In this document: positions 24,159-36,220 of the stretch, piece after piece | Position numbering within the stretch: the first letter of the stretch is position 1 | Layout of the letters: each line of letters opens with the position of its first letter | Source: Eledone cirrhosa | Taxonomy: Eukaryota | Assembly: GCA_964016885.1 (NCBI GenBank) | Contig: OZ024742.1 | Location: 210,800,001 to 210,864,000, forward strand | DNA length: 64,000 bases | Direction: 5' to 3' | The notes under the pieces: generated by a model | The model's database searches: none | Told to the model about the DNA's origin: nothing | What the model saw: only the letters and a program-made list of their open reading frames with translations | Translations under genes and position numbers: made by a program

Positions 24159-26392
24159 GAGGGCCTCTGTTGTACTTTTCCGAGGCACAAAACCAAACTG
24201 CTTCTCATCTAAATTGACCCTTTCTCTAATTAGTTGTGCTAATATCCTTTCTGCCACTTTCAAAACCTGATCCATCAGTTTTATACCCCTATAATTGGTC
24301 CTCTCCAGAGCATCCCCTTAACCTTTGTAGCAATTTATGAGAATACTGCTGCACCAGTCTTTGGGTATGACACCACCATATATAGCCTGATTGATGATGC
24401 GTGCAACCAGTTTAGTGCCTACTTCTCCTGATGCCTTCAGCATCTCAGCAACTATCCCAGACGGTCCAGCAGCCTTACCATTCTTCATTTCCTTAATTGC
24501 CTCTTCTACCCTATATTCGTCAATCTCAATAGCTGGTCCCTCTGTCAGGTCTACTGGGGGTAATTCCTCTCTGTCCCATTCGTTCTCTACATTCATCAGT
24601 CTCTCATAATGACATTTCCAGGCCTTCTTTTGATCATTCGTGACACTAAGTACACCGGCATCATTCCTGACACACTTATCGCCAACAACATCCTGATTTG
24701 CACTGACACACTGCCTTGTAATGTGGAACACCGCGCGTCTCTGATCTTCCCGTCACAGAACATTGGCAAACCTCCTACTCTCAGCCTTCCTGCGTGCTAA
24801 ATACACCTGACGTCTGGCTTCTCTCTTAGCGGCTGTGTATCCGTCTCTACTCCCAGCATTTTTCCAAGTTTTCCATGCCAGTCTTTTGTCTCTAATGGCC
24901 CTATCTACCATACTGTTCCACCACCAGGTCACTCTGTCTGGTTGAAGCTCTGCCCCAACCACAAGTTTCTTCAGTAGCCTTCAGTAAGTTGTCATGCAAG
25001 AAATTCCTGATATCATCTATGTCATACAACTCTAAATCGTCTTCTTTTTCGTCGTACACATCTTGAAGGGCTTTGCTAAATTTATATTTTAATGAAAGGT
25101 CTTTTAGCTTCCAGACCTTTCTTTTCCACACCTTCCTGTATGTCTCATTCTTTCTCTTGCTTACTGAGATGTCACTAATGACTAACCTATGCTGTGGGGT
25201 ACATTCTTCCCCAGGATATGCCTTAGTATTTGACACCATCTGCCTGTCCCGCTGCCTAACTAGTAAGAAGTCAATCTGGCTTATGTGCTCGCCTGATTTG
25301 TAGGTTATTAGGTGGTTGGTTGGCTTCTGGAAATTAGTGTTGCAAATGGTTAGTACATTTGCATCACAAAATTCAAGAAGCCTCACTCCTTCTTCATTTA
25401 TTGAGCCATAACCGTGCCCACCATGTACCATAGTGTATCCATCCTGGAGCTGTCCAACATGTCCATTGAAGTCCCCTGCTAGCATAATGATGTCTCTGTC
25501 CTCTGTCATTGAGGCTGTCTGTAAAAGTTGCTCGTAAAAGCCGTCTTTCTCTTCTTTACCTAGGCCTGCCTAGGGAGCATAGGTAGAGATGATTGTCAGT
25601 AGTCTCTTGCCTACAACTAACCTAAGCTTAATTATTCTATCACTAACTCTAACTAACTCTATTGTCGTATTGATCCATCTCTCAGCCAATAATATGCCCA
25701 CCCCACCTAACCCATCATCATTACCCACCCAGAAAAGCTTATAACTACGATGTTTGCCTGCGATTAGTCTTGCAGAGGCACCTCTCCATCTCACCTCTTG
25801 CACGCAGCACACATCCACATGCCTTCTCTCCAGCATCTCCACTATCTCACTCGATCTACCTGTTAGAGTGCCAACATTAAGTGTGGCAACTCTGAGATGC
25901 AACGTCCCGTTCTTTTTCCTGTTGTGCGATTGCTTGATGACGGTCGTGGGGTTCTCACACATGGCCATACCAGCCACTCCACTACCGTGCGCAGCCCTAA
26001 CATGGTTAGTGTTATTGCTGTTTACGCAGTTGTGCGATTGCTTGATGACGGTCGGGGGCTTCTCTAACATGGTTAATGTTATTGCTGTTTACTCAGTTGT
26101 TGCAATTCTCATTTGTTGTGCTCATAATTTTGGCTTTTTATTATACTGGTTGGATGCCCTTCCTAACACCAGCACCACTTTAAAGCATGGACAGGTGCTT
26201 TTATTCGTGCCACCAGCACTAGAGAGGTTGTCTTACTTGACTCAGCCCCCCCCCCCCTCCATTTTACAACATGAACTGGGTGCTTTTATTCGTGCCACCA
26301 GCACTAGAGAGGTCGTCCTACCGGACTCAGGGGCCCTATCCCCCCCCCCCATTTTACAGCATGGACTGGGTGCTTTTATTCATGCCACCAGC
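24159..26392 (-). mobile_element. RTE LINE (A-like), 5' UTR + APE + start of RT, disrupted, 3' half missing
   Basis: Broken ORFs 25570-26070 (ATLNVGTL, CVQEVRW), 24901-25509 (GDFNGH, QIDF, QHRLV), 24753-24962 and 24318-24731. Confidence 0.9.
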
Positions 26393-26410
26393 ATATATAT
26401 ATATCTGATA

Positions 26411-26562
26411 TATATATATCAGATAGGGTATAATACCAGGTGGACCATAACCAACCAGAGTACTCGATACTTGGTGTAGTAGAGTGGGTGATATGAAAAG
26501 ATTCAGGACCCTGATGGCTGAAACCCCCCCCCCCCCCCCCCCCCCATCAGGGTCCTGAATCT

Positions 26563-26602
<40 letters not shown>

Positions 26603-26800
26603 AAGAGGGTGTGGTAAGATACCAGGTGGACCATAATGCACCAGAGTACTCAATACTTAGGCTAGTAGAGTGGGTAATAGGAAAATAGTCAGGACCCCAA
26701 CAACTGAGCTCCGGCCATTTCGACACCTAGGTCCAAACAGTTCTGTTTACCAGGGAGTGAAGGGCACTGCCCCTGGCCTTTTTTAGAGCCTTCATGACTA
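26411..26800. mobile_element. Two tandem copies of a short (TA)n-associated element family, the first folded back
   Basis: Shared ataccaggtggaccataa..accagagtactc.atactt..tagtagagtgggt.at; inverted repeat 26491-26517 / 26544-26570; related to 46766-46985. Confidence 0.6.
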
Positions 26801-28669
26801 TGAGGGAGGAAGGAAACATGTGTGTATGTGTATATATAATATCATCATCATTTTATACATTTATTTAGAAAGCATGCCAAAAAGTATCGAGAGGGTTGTT
26901 CAGTCGAGACATGACAATTTCTCTAGTGTTAGTGCAACAAAAAGTGCACCCAGTACACCCTGTAAGGTGGTTAGTGAAAGGAAGCGCATCCAGCTGTGAG
27001 AAACCAGGCCAAAAATGGGTTGAGAGGACACTTCAGTTGCATCTAGGGTACGATGACCTCTTTAGTGTTGGTGTTATGAGAAAACACACCCAGTAAAGAG
27101 GTTGGTAATAGGAAGGGCATCTAGACAATGTGTTGAGAAAACTTTTTGGTTGTGTCAAAGACATGACAACCTCCCTGTGCTGGTGCCATGATTAAATGCA
27201 CCTAGTGCACTCTGTAACATGTGGGAACATATATAAGTGAGATGCAGGCCTCACAGCCCATCTGAGAAGCCAGTAGCACTGAACAAGTACTGACTTTGCC
27301 TGTGACCACCCTGCCAACCCTTGATAACAGAGAAAACAGACGTTAAATGTTGATGATGATGATTGATATAAACATATATGTATATGTGTGTGTGTGTGTG
27401 TATGTGTCAGTGTTTATACATGTGTTAACCTCTATGTTTATGTCCCATAACTAAGCAGTCCAACAAAAAAAAAAAAACAATAAAATAAGTACCAAACTTG
27501 AAAAATATGTACTGGTTGATATGATCTTCTAAATCCCTATAAAGTGGTGCCAGTAATGCCCTAACATGGTCACTGTTTAATGGCTATAAATATATGTATT
27601 ATCATTATCATCCTTTATTTCTGTTTTTCCATGCTTTAAAAAATGTCTTAAAGATCTTCCTGAAATGAATTTTATTCAAACATTATATTTTAAATTAATA
27701 TCATATACTGCTTGTTGTTAATAATTTCAAAAAATATCAAAAATACTTTCCATTATGATATTCAAATGAGGAATTACAATTTGTATGAACTACCATATTT
27801 CCTGGCATTGAAGATACTCCAATGATATGGATGCATCTCAATTTTTTGTTTCTAAATTTTGAAGAAATAAATTAACCTAAAATGCCTAATGTAACCTTTG
27901 GCCTCCAAGACACAGGGTACATTTTCCAGATTTACTTTGGGAGAAAATAAACAGCATCTTTCATGCCCAGAAATACAGTAATTTTATTTAGTGAATGACT
28001 GCAACATCTTTTTATATATATTTATATATATCAAAAATAAAATACTATATTCATGAAAAATAAAATATACATCATTTTTTTACTCCCATATAACAGACAT
28101 ATGTTAATTAGATCAGTGTGTTTAGTTTAGTAAGCGCCCCAATACATTCAGAATGTGACACATCTTTATAACTATTTCATTTCACTAGGAGATGCAAATG
28201 CTCTTGGTAAAAACATAAAATCACACATTTTATCCTCCTTTATAAACCCCTTTGTTCTTAGTTAAAAAGTGAGAATAATAGATATAGTAGAGTACCAGAT
28301 AATTCACTTTACTGTAACTTGTTTGGTACCTTGATATAGGTACCTCACTAACATTGGTTCTGTCATTGATTCCAAGGACAATATCATAAATACCTATGCT
28401 ACACTAACATGAATTCAAGCTACTATATCCTCTCTCCTCATAAAATTGGCCACAGGCCAACTCAAAAGAAATCAATAATATTGGCATAGATGTGGCAATA
28501 GAATATTAGACTACCTGTTTACAATAACTTATTTGATACCTTACTATTTGGAGTGCAAATCCCAAGGTTGATTTTGACCTGCTTTATAATAACTTATTTC
28601 ATACCTTACGGTTTGGAGTTCAAATCCCAGGATTGATTTTGCCTTTTATCACTTCAAGATATTTATAAT

Positions 28670-28850
28670 AACTGTTTCTACTTTAGGCACAAGGCCAGCA
28701 ATTATCCAGTGCATTACTGGTACTTTATTTTATCGACCCTGTAAGGATGAAAGGCAAAGTCAACCGCGGCGGGATTTGAACTCAGATCGTAAAGGGACGT
28801 AACTATGCTGGAAAGCATGGTGTCTGACCATCTACCGATACTGCCAATCC
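28670..28850 (-). mobile_element. SINE family 1
   Basis: Reverse complement of the 13293-13478 consensus. Confidence 0.8.
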
Positions 28851-30269
28851 ACAGAAATAATATTAATAATGTGTGTGTTCAGGAACTATCTTAGCCATTT
28901 TGGGGGTCTTTAGTTTGCAGTGAGGATTATGACACTCCTACACTCCTGAGTCTGCAACCTTTAATTGACACCAGATATCTTACTTTGGTTTATCTCTGGA
29001 TCATGCCTATAGGTTGGAAAGGTTCTAAAAGATTATATGTAAGCCACCTTATGGCACCTGAAGTTCTTAATCATCAGACTGTTATTTTATTTTTCTCAAT
29101 ATCCTGCTGTGATGGGAGGCTGGTGACACATGCAGACCTGATGAGTTGAAAGAATATGGTCACTGACTTACACATAGGCCACCAATCATAGACACAAAGT
29201 CATTTTTTATTGACCAATATTGCATTGGGATTTGATTGTTGAGTATGTGTCTAAGCAGTCCTATTTGGGGAAGCCCCTGGTCACCTGGAGACCAGAGAGG
29301 TTCTGGAGAAGGTGAACTAAAATTGCCTGTGTTTTTCTGTCTGGTCAGAATATTAGTAAAATATGACTTATTTAACTCAAACGTTTTACCAGAGGGATTA
29401 AGCATGGAGTGTACTTGTTCTTTTTTGCTTTTTTTGCTGTATTCTAGCTGGTTCTGTCTACTCAGCTGTTGATATAGGCATAAGTGTAGCACACATGCAT
29501 TGCAGAGTTGAAAAGCCACCCACCTTGGGCTTGAGGAAAGAGACAGGAGAGCAATCAAATATTTATCATCAGACCAAAATTCCCTTTTATCTTAGACATG
29601 TCATTGAATCCAAGCCCTGATTTTAATTACATACAGTGTTGGACAGATTTTACAACTGAAGAGTCCTCCTGAACCGTTCTTTAGAAGGCTCTCTATGCCT
29701 ATGCTCTCCCTTATCACCAACCACTTACAGCATGTATTGGGTGTATTTTTCACATAGATCACCTACACTAGAGGGGTTGTTGTGCCATTAACACAACTGG
29801 AGTCATCTCAACCCATTTGATATGGTTTTTACAGTGTATTGCGTACAATTTTCTTAGCACCAGCACTAAAAAGGTTGTCAATCATTGCCTCAAAAGTAGA
29901 GCTCTCTCTATGCTACGGTGAAACAGTATGTTGTCATGAAGTTCTACTCTATGATGGGGCAGTAAGTATGTTGTCATGGAGTATGACACATGTAGTGGGA
30001 TTTGATAGGATGATGAGTAGGATTGGGGGTCACCTCTGATAAAGTGGGGAGGGGACTATGATATTAGCAATTGCTAGGGTGTTATTTTAGAGGGAGTTGT
30101 GGTGTAGTCATGTGAGAGTAGCTACTAATGAATAGAGCATAGAGTGGACATGTACAGTGATGGGGATAAATAGCTTCAAAGAGTCTTGGATGTGATGAGT
30201 ATGTACAATGCTGGTGGGAGGGGGGGCACGTGGATGGATTACAGCATGTTTATGCTGTACAGGGTGCAA

Positions 30270-30860
30270 AATCAAAAGGGTTCTGGAGATAAATGACTAA
30301 GCAAAGATATTTGTGTGGATTCTGGAAAGTGAGATACAATGAGGGTAATGGGAGAAAGAGATACGAGTGGGTTGGGTGAACATGGGTGAAGAGGGCATGT
30401 GGTGAGCTTGTTCAGAAAAGTAAAAACCATCGCAGCAATGATTGAAGTCACAAAGAGAGAAAACAATGCATCTGTGAATGGATGATTACAGAATGTCAAA
30501 GAGAGAATCATTTTTTTTTAATATGATCTGGAACAGTGGCTCCCAAAGTGGGTCTGTAGAACCCTTGAGTTCCGCAAATGAGTGTCTTGAGTTCCGTGAA
30601 AAAAGGTAGAGGAGTATATTTATATTATGACCATTAAACAGTATTAGACTTTGGGGTTTCCCCAAAAGTTTCTGAACCAAAAATGGTTCTGCATTTGAAA
30701 AAGTTTTGGAAATCCTGGTCTAGAATATTTTTGTTTGCAGAACAGCACTATCCCCTACATGTGAGCTGTACACCAATATGGGGCTTACATGAATTTTGTA
30801 GAGGGTTAGCAACTGATCAAGGCCAAAATACTTCATGGCTCTAAAGAGACATTCTAGTCC
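30270..30860 (-). mobile_element. CR1/Jockey-group LINE 3' fragment, degenerate, interrupted by a MITE
   Basis: The minus strand reads LFRAMKYFGLDQLLTLYKIHVSPILVYSSHVG, resembling the LLTLYK..IRP.LEY.S..W thumb motif. Confidence 0.55.
30534..30717. mobile_element. hAT (Charlie-type) MITE
   Basis: Termini CAGTGGCTCCCAAA...TTTGGAAATCCTG and 8-bp TSD-like flanks atctggaa / gtctagaa (NTCTAGAN consensus). Confidence 0.7.
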
Positions 30861-31739
30861 TTACTGATTAACGTGTCTGTACTTCTGTGTATGTGCTTGA
30901 CTGTGTATTTGTGCTTGTGAATGTGTCTGTGTGTATGTACTTGTGTGTGTGTGTGTGTCTATACTTGTGTGTGTGTATGTACTTGTGTGTATGTATGTGC
31001 TTGTGTGTGTATCTGTGTATGTACTGTACTTGTATGTGTGTGTATATGTGCTTGTATGTGTCTGTGTATGTGTCTGTGTATGTACTTGTGTATGTGTCTG
31101 TGTGTATATGCTTGTGTGTGTGTATGTACTTGTGTGTGCATGTATGACCACGTACTTTACTCCTTGGTATTACAATAGATAGTCGAACAAATTAGTTTTT
31201 ACTTTCTGTACTCAACCTAAAATCAATGATAAAGAGATGTTTTGGTCATCTTCAGCTGTTGCTAGTTTTGCATAAGCAAATCAATTTAAAATAGTTTGAG
31301 TTGTGCTACTTTAAAAAAATTTGTTTCACGAGTTCCTGATTGTGATTTATTCTACATTGTTTGACTGATTTTCTTCCATTTTACCGTAATAGTTTAGGTT
31401 GTAAGGTTTTGATAATCTTTATATATGTTTTTCATGTTAAGGTAAGTGGTTTTTACCATCTGAACACCCATTTTACTACTAACAACTCAATAGTGATCTA
31501 GAAATAGATATTATTTTAACGGGATTGTAAAGAAATTATCACTGGTAAATCTGAGGATATTGAACTGCAGGTTAAAATAACTATCATCTCATAACCTGAA
31601 ATAGCTATCACAAAATATATGGGTATTTAAGCCCAGCTAAAATTCAGTTTTGTTCTCTTGCTTTTTTTTTCTTCTCGCTGTTCTGGTCTCTGGCACGGTT
31701 GACAGCCAAATCCTGGCTGTAGCAGTCACCACTCATTAA

Positions 31740-31940
31740 CCCTTTAGCACTTACATTACTCTATATTTACTATTGTATTTTCATGGTAAAGGTTTTATCT
31801 CACATATTATTGAAGCTATGAGATTTTGATGTTATTTATTTTGTGAACAATACTTTAATATTAATATGAGCGGCCAATTATGGCTGGTTTGAATAGAAAG
31901 AGGTGAGAGAATTCCGGCCAGATACGGCAAGTTTAAAGGG
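31740..31940. mobile_element. piggyBac-type MITE (family 1)
   Basis: TTAA-CCCTTTAGCA...TAAAGGG-TTAA; internal similarity to 19368-19596. Confidence 0.8.
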
Positions 31941-32577
31941 TTAAAGCACTACTGCAGACAGGCTAGTAAATCTTAAATCATCATACACTATGTTACAAGT
32001 AAATTCACTAAGCAAATAAGTCAAAAGCTTATTGAAAGAGTTTAGATTTATCTTTCTGGTGAAAGGGCTCAAAATGTTACTTTTTGTTGTCTCTTTTTAT
32101 TTAGTCAAGGAAGAAAGGACAGTACTCGTGATATTTTATTTTTTCTGGGCCTCTAAAACTGGTGGGAGGAAATTATCCTCAAGCCAGGGACCTGTCCCAA
32201 ATGTTTACAATTCCATGAAAAACATCCAAGGACTAAGTACAGGTGTTAAACAATGCCCCAAAACTCCCCATGCAAAGAGCCACAACAAATACTGCAAGGC
32301 ATTTCATTCAATGAATGCTTTAGCAATTCTGCCAATTCACTTACCTGGATTGATATTTTATTTTATCAACCTTGAAGAGATGCAAGGCAAAGTTGACCTC
32401 CATAAAAATAGAACTCAGAGCACAGAGATGGAAGAAATTCTGTAATACCTAAAACTTTATTTAATGATTTTTGCTGAAATAAACCATCATTAGTTTCCTT
32501 GGACTTTGGTTTTCATTATATACACATGCATTTTCATTATATACACAGGCTTTGGCAGTATGTTTCGCAAGGGATGT

Positions 32578-32766
32578 TGGTGGATTGGCAGTATCGGTAG
32601 AGGGTCGGACGCCATGCTTTGCAGCAAAGAATTACGGCCCTTTATGATCCGAGTTCAAATCCCGCTGGAGTTAACTTTGCCTTTCATCCTTATGAGGTCG
32701 ACAAAATAAAGTACCAGTAATGCTCTGGGTAATTGCTGGCCTTGTGCCAAAAGTAGAAACAATTAT
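32578..32766 (+). mobile_element. SINE family 1 with 18-bp TSD
   Basis: Full consensus; attatatacacatgcatt at 32515-32532 and 32762-32779. Confidence 0.85.
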
Positions 32767-32917
32767 ATACACATGCATTGAACACAAATAGATACATATA
32801 GATGGATTGCTATGTTTATATATTAATTTTATCATTGCTATGTTTATATATTAATTTTATCATTGTTTATTTTATTTTATTTTATTTTATTTTATTTTAT
32901 TTTATTTTATTTTGCAG

Positions 32918-33222
32918 CACCCCGGCAAAAGTATGAATCACCTGCAAAAAAGCAAGAACCAGCCGATGCCAAATCACCATTGGGTTTTAATGAAAAGATA
33001 AGAAGTGGCAGCCTTACACCCAGCATGGCTGGCTTTGGCAGTATGTTTCGCAAGGCATCAAATTTCTTGGGTTTCAGTAACTCTGATACATTGAGGCCTC
33101 CGCCACTTGATGGAGAAATAGTGTATAGCAAGAATAATGTTTGCGTTCATCCTCCGGCACCTTTATCATTAGATGTGGAACACCATCCAGGGTATCTCAC
33201 CATCCGTTCACAAAATGACTCG
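32918..33222 (+). CDS. TBC1D16: TBC1 domain family member 16-like Rab-GAP, N-terminal coding exon (conserved Met at 33025)
   Basis: MAGFGSMFRKAS...PPLDGEIVYSKNNVCVHPP...EHHPGYL matches the TBC1D16 N-terminus as I recall it (LDGEIIYSKNNVCVHPP..EHHPGYL). Acceptor ttttgcag| at 32917 and phase-0 donor |gtaagc at 33223. Confidence 0.9.
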
Positions 33223-33454
33223 GTAAGCTGCTTCCTTTGATTAGTCCTTGCTACAAAAATAACTGTAGCTGGTATCCTTGTAAAGGAAAGTCATTTTCCA
33301 CTCCCACAGTCACCACTATTAACATCATTGTCTTCAGCATCATCGTTACAATTGTCTTCAGCATCATCGTTATTATCATTACTATCATCATTACCATCAG
33401 TATCATCATCAGCACAATGTTATCTTCATTGTCATAGTTATCATTATTACCATC

Positions 33455-33866
33455 AAGGGCGGTAGATTGGCAGTATCTGTAGAGCATCGGACACTATGGT
33501 TTGCAGTATAGAGTTACAGCCTTTTATGTTCTGTGTTCAAATCCTGCCAAGGTTAGCTTTGCCTTTCATCATTACAGGGCGATAAAAGAAAGTACCAGTA
33601 ATGCACTGGGGTCGATTTAATCGACTTTCCCCTCCCCCAAAATTGTTGGCTTTGGACCTAAATCAGACACCAGTGCGGTGGATAGGCAGTATCGGTTGAG
33701 GGTCGGACGCCATGCTTTGACGTATAGAGTTACGGCCCTTGCCATTCTGAGTTCAAATCCAGCCGAGGTTAACTTTGCCCTTTCATCCTTACGGGGTCGA
33801 TAAAATAAAGTACCAGTAATGCACTGGGTAATTGCTGGCCTTGTGCCAAAAGTAGAAACAATTATT
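33455..33866 (+). mobile_element. Two tandem SINE family 1 copies
   Basis: The consensus is repeated at about 33455-33665 and 33674-33866. Confidence 0.8.
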
Positions 33867-35428
33867 ACCATCATGCTGATGGCAGTGGATTGGTGAAATC
33901 TTTAGGACCTCAGACAAAATCTTTTTACATTCTGAGTTGAAATCCTACTGAGGTCAACTTTGCTTTTCATTCTTCTGGTGCTGATTTAATCCCACCCTCC
34001 CTAAAAAAAATACTAACCTTGTACCTATATTAGAAACATTTATTACTGCCATGAAAAATACATGCAACAGCTTTCCTGAACAAATTGTTATTGTTGTTGT
34101 TTAGCTCCAGGTAAACTCTGACGTCCAGCAGATCTATGATTAAACACATTATTATCACATAGTTCTTTTTAGGGGCATGTAGAATTACATCATCCAATGT
34201 GTCCTTTCCTTATGCAAGACAAAAGATAGTAAGGTGTGATTTATGGAAGATTTGCCTTCTAATTCTTGTAGGTCAAGCAACAAATTAAAGGCTTTGTTAC
34301 TAGCCTCAAATTCCTTCTAAAAAAAATCTGTCTCGAGCCCAGAGACTCATAGGGCTGGTGCTTATCCTGGTTTCATGGCGTGAAGCAACTGAGAGTACAA
34401 GATTTCCACCATGGACATAACATTAGTCCATCACAAGTTTAATCCCCTAGCTATTGGTGGTACTCATTTTCAGCTGAGTATACTGGAACAACGTGAAATG
34501 AAGTATTTTGCTCAAGAACATAATACACAACCCAGTCTAGGAATCAAACCCATATCATTATGATTGTAAGTCCAACACTCTTACCACTAGGATATGTGCC
34601 TCTACTATAAATTCCTTCTAAAATAGTGGACAAATGTGCGGAAAATCATATCATCATATCACTCCCAGAATTCACTGGCTCAAGCTGATATTCATCATAG
34701 TACTGGGATTGCTGACCTATACTAAACTATGCAGGTTAATTTGATTATTGTTGCCACAATCATTATCATTACCATCACCACTACTATCATCATCATCATA
34801 CTACTACCATCACCACTACTACTATCATCACCGCCACCACCATCACTACTACTACTACCACCACCACCACACTACTACTACTACTACTCATATCACCATC
34901 ACCACTATACTACTACTATCACTACTACTACTGCTACTACTACTACTACTCCACATTCTTACTATTTTAAAGTTTATTTTTCCCTAATGGTTGATGGTAT
35001 ATAAGTTGGCATCTTCTCAAATCCCCACACAGTACTAGTGAGATGGTAGGTCAAACCCAATCATATAAGCGCTGTGACGTGCCAACAATTTGTTCCATGC
35101 TTGGAGGGATTACAGCATATCTACATATGCATCTTCAACTATCCTCTATAATTTAATATGTACAAACCATAAATTCTAATTTCCAATCTGTGATCTTTTT
35201 TTGGAGTACAGATAGGCAAATGGAGCTTGGGAACAATTTTCCCTTTACTTATCTCAGACCTAGCATTGCCATTACATGATATTTTCCCCTCATAATGCAT
35301 CCATTTATATTACATGCAAATATCAATATAGTAATTAATATATATATATATATATATATCATCATCATCATCATCTTCGTTTAACGTCCATTTTCCACGC
35401 TAGCATGGGTTATATATATATATATATA

Positions 35429-35484
<56 letters not shown>

Positions 35485-35691
35485 TATATATGTGTATGTA
35501 TATGTATATATATATATGTATGTATATATATATATGTATGTATGTATATATATATGTATGTATATGTATATATATATGTATGTGTATGTATATATGTATG
35601 TATATATGTATGTGTATGTATATATGTATGTGTATGTATATATGTATGTATGTGTATGTATATATATATGTGTATGTAAATATATGTATAT

Positions 35692-36155
35692 ACGAACTAA
35701 GGAAAAAATTAGAAATAAGAGGGATCAGATGTTTACTCGAGAGAAGGCTACGTTGGTATGGTCACGTGATGCGCATGAAAGACGACAGCTGTATAACAAA
35801 GTGCAGGGCAATAAAGATAGATGGTAGCCATGGCCCACTCCATCCACACCGCCCCCTTCAATGCAAAGTTATGTTGGTGCCACAAAATCCAGGCCGAAAC
35901 AAACGAGATCGTGTAGGTGTCACGACAAAAAAACACACAGTCCACGCTGTAATGTGACCGTGTAGGCAACACGGTAAAAACCTCCCAGTCCCACACTGTA
36001 AATGTGGTTGGTGTTAGGAAGGGCATCCAGCTGTAGAAAACCTGCCAAACAGTCCTATGCGAGCAAGACAACCACTCTTGCCTCAAGTGGGAAAACCCCC
36101 GTCCAAACCCATGCAAGCGTGGAACAGGGACGTTAAACGATGGTGATGATGATGA
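35692..36155 (+). mobile_element. RTE subfamily B 3' fragment with internal deletion
   Basis: [28 protein letters not shown] joined to the B-type 3' UTR and (ATG)n; tail-to-tail with 36218-38641. Confidence 0.85.
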
Positions 36156-36163
36156 TATATATA

Positions 36164-36217
<54 letters not shown>

Positions 36218-36220
<3 letters not shown>

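Noticed and set aside
29133-29165. Hammerhead at gac-CTGATGA-gtt-GAAA...gtc
   Set aside because: There is no stem II and no valid stem III or UH site.
31230-31260. Hammerhead-like CTGAAGA-tgacc-AAAA on the minus strand
   Set aside because: GAAA is absent and no stems form.
32506-32709. ORF containing GFGSMFRK as a duplicated TBC1D16 exon
   Set aside because: Only 25 bp match; the rest is SINE sequence. Reported instead as a templated insertion.
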